From Octopus bimaculoides (Eukaryota): a stretch of 64,000 nt of DNA. Within the stretch, counting starts at the first letter, position 1. Every line of letters starts with the position of its first letter. Where the stretch lies: contig NC_068999.1 of NCBI RefSeq assembly GCF_001194135.2, forward strand, positions 54,691,048 through 54,755,047. Reading direction: 5' to 3'. The position numbers and the translations under genes are program-made. Below the pieces are notes generated by a model. It saw only the letters and a program-made list of their open reading frames with translations, searched no databases and was not told the origin of the DNA. Shown in pieces: positions 54,305 to 64,000 of this stretch.

Positions 54305-54521
54305 AAAGGCAGAGTACTGGCAGAAACGTTAGCACACCAGGTGAAATGCTTAGCGGTATTTCATCAGTCTTTATGTTCTGAGTTCAAATTCCGCTGAGGT
54401 CGACTTTGCCTTTCATCCTTTTGGGGGTTGGTAAATTAAGTACCAGTTGTGTACTGGGCTCGATCTAATCGACTGGCCGCCTCCCCCAAAATTTTGGGCC
54501 TTGTGCCTAGAGTAGAAAAAG
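54305..54521 (+). mobile_element. tRNA-derived SINE family 'B' (~215 bp) with central gcctttcatcctttcggggtcgataaa-type domain
   Basis: A-box-like tggcagaaacgttag and B-box-like gagttcaaattcc; 14-bp TSD. Other copies at ~1995-2220(+), 2240-2390(+), 15770-15970(+), 18330-18450(-), 19690-19880(-), 31770-31940(+), 32115-32240(+), 32540-32640(+), 47310-47435(-), 58325-58480(-), 60415-60615(-) and 63940-64000(+). The central domain resembles conserved SINE core domains such as the Meta type; this is from memory and unverified. Confidence 0.88.
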
Positions 54522-54712
54522 ATACAACAGGCCTCCACACAGTTTCCATCTATCAAATCCACTCACAAGGCATTGGGTGGCCTGGGTCTATAGTACACAA
54601 CACTTGTCCAAGGTGCTTTACAGTGGGTTTGAACCTGAAACCACTTGGTTGGAAAACAAACTCCTTGACCACACAATCCATGCTTGTGTCTATAAATATT
54701 TCTGCGCGCGCA

Positions 54713-54749
<37 letters not shown>

Positions 54750-55327
54750 GCGCACAAAAATCTATTCTATGAGATGAAAACAAAGGAAGAAAAATGAGAC
54801 ATCACATGAATTACAGAAAAATATTAAGTAATAGTGAGAGACTGCTTTCTGAATCAGAACTAAAAGTACAAAGTCTATTGACATTTTTAACAATAAACAG
54901 CCTTTGGCCATTTGTCTGAGATGGGACCTGGTTATGGGGTAGAGTAATTACAACATATGCTGATTTCATTCTTCACAAGCAAAACCTCACCGGTTTGAAT
55001 GAATTTTCCAAGTGAAAAAAGCATTAAAATTCAACTTCACTTTTATACAAAGATCCAAGTCTTGTGATTGTTATAATGATAATACACTTGGGACAGGCAT
55101 GAACACCCTAAGTTTTATGCTTACATTCACAGTGTATATTTTATATAGTCATATAACACACACACACACACACACACACATGCATGTGTACTTTATAAGT
55201 ATAATTTATAAATATCAATATCTAGTGTTCAGCTTGTCATTATTCATTGAATATTGGATTTTGGTTATCTTTCTTTTGTATTATTTTTTACCTTTTCCTT
55301 AGGCTCATGTGATATCATCATCACCAA

Positions 55328-55362
<35 letters not shown>

Positions 55363-55539
55363 CTTAAAATAGAACAACAACAAAAAGATAGTTGAACATA
55401 TGAAAACCATTTTATATTGAAGTATCATATCAGTTATCAGTGTGAAAAACCAGGAAACAATCTCTATATAAACCACTTCTGTCTACCTAAAGATATCTCT
55501 GGATGTCTGCCTGCCTGTAAGGTTTCATGTCTGTCAAAG

Positions 55540-55720
55540 GTTGTGTGTTACAAACATGGCCATCATCTTCAGGACCAGAAAATTGCTTCAGCTCCTAACA
55601 ACTACACAACCACTAACCTTTTACAAAGCTCAGATGAGTCCCACAAGGAAGTGGTACTATTTCCATATCTGGAATACTACCACTGCAGCACCCACACAAG
55701 ACATCTCAAACATGAAACAT
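55540..55720 (+). mobile_element. Possible L2/CR1-group LINE RT C-terminal remnant
   Basis: IFRTRKLL..LTFYKAQMSPTRKWYYFHIW resembles the LFRxRKYF..LYKAQIRPxxEYCxHIW motif; short and degenerate. Confidence 0.45.
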
Positions 55721-55749
55721 AAATAAATAAATGAATAAATAAATAAATA

Positions 55750-55919
55750 GGTGCAGTTATGGCTGTGTGGTTGCGAAGCTTGCTTTGCAACCACACAGTT
55801 TTGGGTTCAATCCCACAGTATGGCACCTTAAGTGTCTTCTACTATATAGCCTTGGGTGACCAATGCCTTGTGAGTAAATTTGGTCAATGGAAACTGTATA
55901 GAAACCCATCGTGTGTATG

Positions 55920-55954
<35 letters not shown>

Positions 55955-56165
55955 ATGTCTTTGTCCTCCCCACTGCTTGACAATCTGTGTAGGTTCATTT
56001 ACATCCCTACAACACAGCAATTTTCAGCAAAAAAGATCAAGAAAATAAGTACTAGATTTAAAAAAAAAAGTACAGGGATAGATTTGTTCAAACAAACCTG
56101 CCAGCGGCCATGAGGTGCCCCAGCATGGCCACTGTCCAATAACTGAATTAAGTAAAAGGAAATAA
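55750..56165 (+). mobile_element. tRNA-derived SINE family 'C' (~400 bp, internal GT tract, AAAAG tail)
   Basis: A-box-like tggctgtgtgg and B-box-like ggttcaatccc. Further copies at ~2590-2870(-), 6580-6760(+), 9672-9998(-), 10008-10255(+), 10265-10420(-), 14920-15070(+), 20395-20650(-), 23950-24335(-), 26935-27100(-), 27720-27860(-), 28680-28870(+), 36105-36475(+), 38970-39160(-), 43140-43280(-), 50160-50440(-), 51888-52010(-), 54150-54690(-) and 62118-62505(-). Confidence 0.88.
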
Positions 56166-56846
56166 AAGATAAATAAAAATAAACCATCCAAATGACTTGC
56201 ATGAAGTCTCTTAGCAACACACTCCAATCTCTGACCCAGCCAGACATGCTGTTTCTTCCTTCTTTCCTTTCTACCCTAACCACAAAGGACTACGCCCTTC
56301 ACAGATGACCTCTTCTTCTACCATTCCCCTTGCCTACCCATACTGTCTACCTCATTATTTAATAATTCCTTCTGGCTCCTGTTTTATCGGCAGCTATTAA
56401 ATTACAACTCTTCAAAAGAAACATTAACCCTTTAACATTTAAACCAGCCATATCTGGTCAAAATATTCTACTTGTTTTATGTTCAAATCAGCTAGATCAG
56501 GCCTTTCACACCTACATCACAATGTTATCCTAAAAATAAGTAATCACATCATCAAAATCTGAGCAGCAAAGCAATGCAGGATTAATTCAAAACAAAGTGA
56601 ATAAATAAGTAGTACATTTGAGAGAGAAGTCTGAAAGTTAACAGATTAACTTGCACTAAACCCGCCATTCTCGAAGGGCCCGCAAAATCCATGAGCATAG
56701 CTCCTACTTATAGATAAAACAAATAAAACAGATAAAGACGTACGTCTCTGTTTTCTTATATGCTTGTTTGTGCGTCTGCCAGCAGATGTTTACAAGGTGA
56801 GAGAGATGATGCTATCTGACAGAAAGATACGGAGAAAGAACTTTAC

Positions 56847-56932
56847 CTTTTGGAACTTTCATCTTCTTCTTCTCTTCTTTACTGTCAGGTTCCTTTGGAA
56901 GGGGTTTATTCTCCAATGGCATGTTTACCTCT
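56847..56932 (-). CDS. PAK1: Group I PAK N-terminal exon (second proline motif and basic stretch)
   Basis: EVNMPLENKPLPKEPDSKEEKKKMKVPK(G); the KPLPxEP motif is typical of group I PAK N-termini. Acceptor ttcttttgcag, donor gtaaag, phase 2 to 1, in frame with the CRIB exon. The upstream PPAPP exon was not found, presumably beyond 64000. Confidence 0.88.
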
Positions 56933-57497
56933 CTGCAAAAGAATAAGAAGTTCATCAAAAATGTTGCTACTACTACTGCTGCTGCTGGTGGTGGTGGTGG
57001 TGGTGATGTTGATGTTGTTATAGTATGTTACTGTTATCGTTGTTGCTGTGTTGCTATAATTTGTTGAGGTGGAACAACAACAACAACAACAAGAACATCA
57101 TTATGTGTAGAGTAATAGAGCACTTGACTGATTGATGTAAGTGAGGTGAGTCAAGTTATTAAGTGGAGATATATATCTTAGAAAGGGAGATATAGAGTGA
57201 TTTGTATGGTGTAAAATAAGGCAGACTCTGGGGAGGATAAAAAGAAAGAGAGAGAGAGAGATTAAGAGGAGAGAGATGAGAGCAGTAAAGAAAAGAGGAG
57301 AGAAAATAAGTGGAGGAAAAGAGAGCGAGAGAATGAAAAGTTGAGGTAAAAAAAAAAAAAGAAAACAAAAAGAGTAAACTAAATGAGAGAAAGATTTGAA
57401 GGGGGAGTGAGATAAGGGGAGAGGAGAGAGAGAGTGAGAGAAGGGAGAGAAAGACGAGAGGAGAGGGAGGGTGTGAGAGAGAGAGAGGTGAGACAAG

Positions 57498-57528
<31 letters not shown>

Positions 57529-58059
57529 AGACAGAGATAAGAAAATTAGATAAAGAGAAACAAGTGATGTCATTCTCAAACTCCTACTGACACCCAACAA
57601 AAGAAAAAGAAAAGAAAAAGAGTAGTGCATCATTACACATTGGACTAAATTTATTATGTCAAGAAGGTTGTGACATTTTAGAATTTGGCCATCTTATAAA
57701 GGAAGACCATGTTGATATATTTAAGGACTTTTACAATAGCACACTAACATTTTACACTTCTGTCTAGGTGTTTCTCACCCCTCTCTTTTCTATACATGAA
57801 CTTTCTTTTAATGTATGTATGTATGTATGTAGGTATGTATAAATAAAATCCCATATATGTTATTTCACACAACACACAGAGATGATCCCTAAAGAATTTC
57901 ATTCTAATATGATTGTATCTCTATTCTCTTGACAATGAAAACGATTGTACCACAATGATATAGGGAGCTGGATGTGAAACTATGAGTGAGACTGAGCAAT
58001 GAACATAGGATTTGGAAGAAGAGATTGATAAGAGTAGGGAGTCTATATTCAGCCCTAAG

Positions 58060-58260
58060 TCAGCTGTGATCCAGAAGACTTGTGATCAAATAAAATCCAG
58101 CCATGACCTCTAGCCTCTTATTCGGATACAGTATATACAGGATTACATTATTTAATGTGTCTTGCTTTTTTTTAAAAAAAAATGACTGATTTGAGAGAGA
58201 TTTTGTCATTATTTCTAAGAAGATGGAGGACCATATAAAGGTTCCTTTATTGGCTTGAAT
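58060..58260 (+). repeat. Additional dispersed repeat family (gatcaaa..ttccagccatgacc..gatttgagggagatttggctg)
   Basis: Related segments at ~25640-25720, 47670-47770, 52070-52200(-), 53470-53670 and 59095-59180; class undetermined. Confidence 0.55.
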
Positions 58261-59233
58261 TTCTGTAGTAAAGTAGGTATTAACATAAATGTAGAAAAAT
58301 AAATAATATTGGTATCAATGTTGTTACAAGGCCAGCAATTTCGGAGGAAGGGCTAAGTTGATTAGATCAACTCCCAAGGATGAAAGGCAAAGTTGACCCT
58401 GGCAGGATTTGAACTAAGAATGTAAAGACAGATGAAATGCCACTGGGCATTTTGCCTGGCATGCCAATGATTGTCAGCTCACTAATAAATTAAAATAATG
58501 TCATCAATGATAAGGGAGTCATTAACTAAATGACCAATACTAATCAAAAGAGGCAGAGAGATACAATTTGGAATTAAAATTAATTAAATAGAGCACAGTG
58601 AGGAATGAGTCTGATGCTTAATGATATGGTGGACAACTCTGGACATGTTTCAGCTTTATTGGCCCTCACCAGCATGACTTTGACATTTAGCTGTCTTTCT
58701 ATAACTTGTGCAGTACTATGTAAAACCTGACTGAATAGACTTTGCAATGAAAATCATTCTGAAATGACCATCCCATCATTTACCCAGATGTATCTAAGAT
58801 TAAATTAGCTAATTTATCCTTCTTTTTCTAAGATGACAGGTGTGATTTCAGAGCCAGGATGAGTGGTGAAAAATAAAAAGAAAAGAGGACTTTATGTAAT
58901 AATTTTTGTCAGAAGGGCCCCAAAGTAGTAGTGGTGTAGTAACTGTAATTCAAAGGTGGTGGTCGTGACGGAGATAAGGAGTTTAAAAAAGATGTTGAAA
59001 AGAATTCTTGTTTTAATAATAAAGTGTTTCTCTTCTTTTAAGTACATAGTGACATGTGTAAAATTACTGTTTCGTTCAGGTTTGTCTGACTATGTTTGAT
59101 TACAATGATCAAAGGTGTTCTAACCATGACCATCATGTCTTCATGTATCAGGGACTACATTATCTGCTGTGTTCTTTTCTCCCCCACTCCCCCCTTTTTT
59201 TACTGTAAAGTGGTTAACTGGAGCAGTCTATAA

Positions 59234-59475
59234 TAGTGGTTCTCAACTGGGGTCCATACAAGATTTTGTCATTAAAATTTATGCACAATGAATTGCTTAT
59301 ACTTCCACAATACACAAAATATTTTCACATTTTGTATAAAATTCCTAATAACATTTAATTATAAAAATACAGGAAGTTTTTTTTTTTCCATATACAACAA
59401 ACAGCTATGAGAGTTCAGTAGAATAAAATAGGAATCACATGAGTCCATAGTCTAAAAAAGGGTTGAGAACCATTG
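59234..59475. mobile_element. hAT-type MITE
   Basis: TIRs tagtggttctcaac / gttgagaaccattg; degenerate 8-bp TSD gtctataa / gtctaaac. A similar-ended element lies at 12459-12658. Confidence 0.7.
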
Positions 59476-59601
59476 GTCTAAACCATAACCTAGAAGAACA
59501 TCAAAATGATGATGAATGAGTGTCACACATTCCACCCATCCCCAGCGATTGTTGCTCAGGGGAGGGCTCTGACCTCTGCTATTATACTGAACAGCAAGTT
59601 T

Positions 59602-59645
<44 letters not shown>

Positions 59646-60617
59646 GCAAGTAATGTTCATAGCCACTTCAACATGGCTGTTCCGCTCTAATGGACTTTAC
59701 AGTGACTTTTTAACCCCAAGAGGATATCTCCTCTAGCTGGTTGACAATGCAAGGCTGCATTCGATATACTGCAAGCAGGCGAGCGAACCCCTAATACACA
59801 CACACACACACACACACATACATATATACATATCAGATGTTATATTTTGGAGACTTCTGCACTTATTAAGAAAACAAAGACTACTAGATCGCATTGATGT
59901 TCATAGCAGAGACACACAAAACGAAATTGCAGATATACCAAAACTAATGAAGAACAAGAGATTTCTGGCACAGCGTGACTGTGACTATTTGATAAAGAAT
60001 GCCATACAGTACTTTGTAATTCAACCCTTGTACCCTTATAATAGGACAAGCTGGTCTAGCAGTGTGTCAATTTTGTACCAGAAATATAAAGAAGTTCAAT
60101 ATCTTCAAGAGAACAGCCTTCTTGTGTGGTGATAATCAAATGTATTTTTTGCAAAATGTAAAAATGATTGTTATTTAGTGAGGACATATCTATAGACTTC
60201 ATATAAGTTGAATTTGGTGGATATTTATTGACTTTTCCCTGTCTATATTTCTAATGAATAAGACTACATATGTGCTTTAATTAATTATTAACATAATCAA
60301 CATTTTGGTGGTTAAGTATCTCTGTAGCTTTACATATTGGCATACATAATGCTGGTGTAACCATGTCAGCACGGACAATAGACATTAAATGATGATGATG
60401 ATGATATTGATTTAAAATTTTGGCACAAGGCCAGCAATTTTGGAGGAGGGGTAAGTCAATCACATTGACCCTCAGTACTCAACTGATACTTATTCTATTG
60501 ACTCCGAAAAGATGGAAGGCAAAGTCCACCTTGGTGGAATCTGAACTCAGAATGCGAAGGCAGATGAAATGCCACCAAGTATTTTGCTCAGTGTGCTAAC
60601 GACTCTGCCAGCCTGCC

Positions 60618-60663
<46 letters not shown>

Positions 60664-62809
60664 AGTTTATGTATATATTAATATTATCTCAGTTTAAAAA
60701 AACCTTTGACAATGTAAATATGTTAATAGTTACCATGGGTGGCAAAAATTACACAAAAAACCAGGATACTACATCCGTTTTATAGGTAGAGATTCCAAGT
60801 TGAAGTAATGCATTTTGAGTATATATATATATATATATAATGATATAAATTAGATGATTTTTTTTTTTTAATGCAGAATTGCCATTAGAACAGCAGAAAT
60901 ACTGGGTAAATTACCCTTACAAAGCAGAAAAATTTGACAGCAACCAGCTATGAGACTTGAACCCATATCCTTCAAAGACTCCAGCTGGGTGCTTTACCAT
61001 TAAGCTAAACTGCCTGCTGACAAATTAATCAGTAAAATGATATAAATCAGTACATATTATGTTGGTGTTGACAAAGTGAAATCTCATGATAAAGTACCTA
61101 TATGGTTAGTATTTTAATATATTATAAATACCAACATCGGATAGAAGTTCTGTTGCTGTCTACCTAAGCATTAGCATATTTCTGTTGTATTTCCTTTCCC
61201 ATATGATCTAGAGGCCACCCAACGCACACATATGTAGATGAGATGCTTTGAATGAAACAGCTTGTCTACTTCATATACAAAAAAACTTGAATAGATAGAA
61301 ATAAACCTTAAACCAGAAGAAGCCAATGCATAAATCAAATTTTGATTGAGACTTTAATTTGTACACAAAACACTTTAGTATGGGAGATCTTAGGTATGTT
61401 GGTATTAAAAGGGTTAAGATACACAAAGAGCAGGAATAAAAAAAGATATACCAATTTTCTCCAGTTTAATCCACACGAGAGAGAGGAGGTAGTAGATAAT
61501 TTTATGAATAAGCATTTTTAAGATGAAGCCTTGTAAAGATGAATATATGTAGCAAGACTAATTATAAAGTAGAGTAATCAATTGTATAGCTTACTTAGTA
61601 GCAAAAAAAGTTCTAGTTACTCAAGTAGCAGAGTTTGTTCTTATAGTTTCTGGCATCTTATTTAGCCTAGAAAACCCTACCACTGACAAAGATGATGATG
61701 ATGATGATGATGATGATGATATATATATATATATAAGGAAATTTCAAGCCATTTTATGCTGGTTTATAGCAGCTTCTTTAAAATCCTTGAGGCTATAAAC
61801 AAATTATAATTCTCTGAATCACTTTGTCAAGTAAGCTATGTTAGCATTTTATGGCAGTGGAAGGGGAGGTTACCAACACCACCAATGGCTAAATCACACA
61901 CACACATACACACACACAGAGAACCACTTGGCTAACAAGCCCTTTATGACGGGTTTCTTCTAGTGCAACTTGTACACATCACTGGTTAGTCATACAAGTG
62001 AGAGAATATAGACAAAGCAACTTGGATAGATGTGAACTTAATGTTAATTAATGTGTAACGTTCTCAATTTACCTAATTAATTTTTGTTTCAAATGGTTTT
62101 TCTAAAGTTCTTTTATTCTTTTACTTGTTTCAATCATTTGACTGCAGCCATGCTGGAGCACCACTTTAAAGGGTTTTAGTTGAAGAAAACATTCTTTGTA
62201 AGCACAGTACCTACTTTTTCAGTCTCTTTTGTCAAACTGCTAAATTACGGTGATGTCAACACACCAGCTTCAGTTGTCAAGCAATGGTGGAGGGACAAAC
62301 AAAGACACACACAAATAGATACATCATCATCATCTACACATATAAACGATGGGCTTCTTTCAGTTCCCATCTACCAAATCCACTCATAAGGCTTTGGTCA
62401 GTCCAAGGCTATAAATAGAAGAGACTTGCCCAAGGTGCCACACAGTGGGACTGAACCTAGAATCATGTGGTTGGGAAGCAAACTTCTTACCACACAGCCA
62501 TGCCTGCAGGAATTATTTTTAAAGAATTTTCAGTAAATACTATAGAGTTTTTTGATAAAGTGTATAGGTGTGGTTGCATGGTTAAATTTTCTTTGCAACC
62601 GTGTGGTTATGTGTTCAATTCAATTGTATGGCAACTTAGTTCTATACCAGTTATGGGCAAATGGCAAACTTTTTGAATGGCACATATACGAAAAAATACC
62701 TTGGATTTTTTTAGTAGTGTGATCCACACGATTATGTGACCCACTTCTCAAAACAAGTTTGCCTATTCTTGCTCTATACCATAAATTCTTGTATATGCAA
62801 GTCTTTTAG

Positions 62810-63029
62810 CCCTTTAGCATTCAGATGACTCTGTCAAATGTTATGCTTATTTATTCACATTGTTTTGAATTTATCATACATTATCTGATAGCTTCGAGAT
62901 TTTGATGATGGGATTGTTTATTTTTAGAATGACATTGTAGGGTATGTTTGAGAGGCCTGATCTGTCCAGTTTAAACATAAAACAGGAAGAATATTTGGGC
63001 CTGATATAGCTGTTTTGAATACTAAAGAG
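62810..63029. mobile_element. ~220-bp piggyBac-like MITE (CCCTTTAGCATT termini)
   Basis: Inverted ends ccctttagcatt and aatactaaagag plus TTAA. Homologous copies at ~33690-33865, ~47435-47650 and ~56428-56645 share the internal sequence. Confidence 0.75.
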
Positions 63030-64000
63030 TTAAGTGAAATTAGATAGATGGAAACTGTACAGAAGCCTATCATACAGATAGTTGTTCTGGGGTGTTAGAC
63101 TTAATCGATTACCTAGTTTAAAATCACCATCTGACCTTTGAGTGCCTTTAGTGATGTCCACTCTGTTGTAAGCATTCAAACTAGGTGTCTAGCCTAAGGA
63201 TAACTATCTTTCTTCCTCCTATCAGCCATCAAGGCCCTGAAAAAGTCGCAGTTGCTAACCTTCCCATTCAGACTAAGTCACATACGGTCGATACCTGGAA
63301 CCTAGGAACATCGAAGACGATCTGGTCGGTTTTTTTCAGTTAGAAAGTGAATCAAGTGTCATGCTGAGTGCCAGGAGTACACAGAACAGCATACAATTAT
63401 GTAATGTTCCTCCCCTTCATTCATCTTCAACAAAGCAATGGTTCCATCAAACTTTTAATGTCTATTATATATTTACTAAACCATTTATAAATTTGAAGAA
63501 ATCATAGAAGCATGTTCCTTGAACTGGAAAACATCTGAAATTGGCAATTAAATGGAAGTGCTGGGCTATCAGTGAATGATGAATGCAGCAGTTATTAAAC
63601 GACAAGGTAATAGCATGTATTTTACATTTACACCTTTCTTTAATTGACCAATTTGAAGATATTTCGTCCAAGATAGTCTATTGTCAGAGGGGCCAGCTTG
63701 GTATGTAAGTAAGTAATTTTCCCATGTTTAATGCGATAATTACAGACTGATCACATCTTAGAAACTTAATAATTACCAATGGATTAAGTTTATTGATTCT
63801 GTGTATTGGAAGGGAAATTGTTACTTGATATATAAATATATATAGAGAATGTAGGAACAGAAACTTTTAAAGAACAGAGATAGAGAAACATGCACAGCCA
63901 CTACAAAAATATTGGAATTGATAACATTTTGTTTAACACATTTCAACCTTTTGGGGGTTAATGAAATAAGTAACAGCTGAGCACTGGGGTCAATGTAATT

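Noticed and set aside
55750-55830. tRNA-like A/B boxes here and in other SINE heads
   Set aside because: They continue directly into SINE bodies present in many diverged copies, so they are not tRNA genes.

Overview
AT-rich, repeat-dense animal genomic DNA from a draft assembly with five N-gaps. The SINE, MITE and microsatellite repertoire resembles what I recall from octopus genomes; this assignment is an inference and was not checked. The window is occupied by one minus-strand gene, a group-I p21-activated kinase (PAK1/2/3-like), whose start and stop both lie outside the window. Ten coding exons splice into one continuous frame with canonical GT-AG sites: 56932-56847, 13947-13838 (CRIB), 12332-12170, 10924-10860, 8975-8871, 7424-7249, 5993-5807, 5679-5587, 3588-3489 and 1540-1444. 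A ~43 kb intron separates the KPLPKEPD exon from the CRIB exon. It holds a candidate alternative first coding exon (MPGNFTFRRRS) and two candidate 42-nt phase-symmetric cassette exons, and a CpG-retaining domain (~13-17 kb) overlaps its CRIB end. Together these suggest unannotated N-terminal isoform diversity. Introns also carry a TTAA-flanked piggyBac derivative, mariner, Gypsy, Tx1, RTE and L2-like remnants, several tRNA-derived SINE families (including a fold-back pair and a nested insertion with a TSD), MITEs, a perfect 30-bp minisatellite and a ~125-nt hairpin. There is no prokaryotic system or CRISPR array. Most ORF-track entries are artefacts of gaps, microsatellites or chance.
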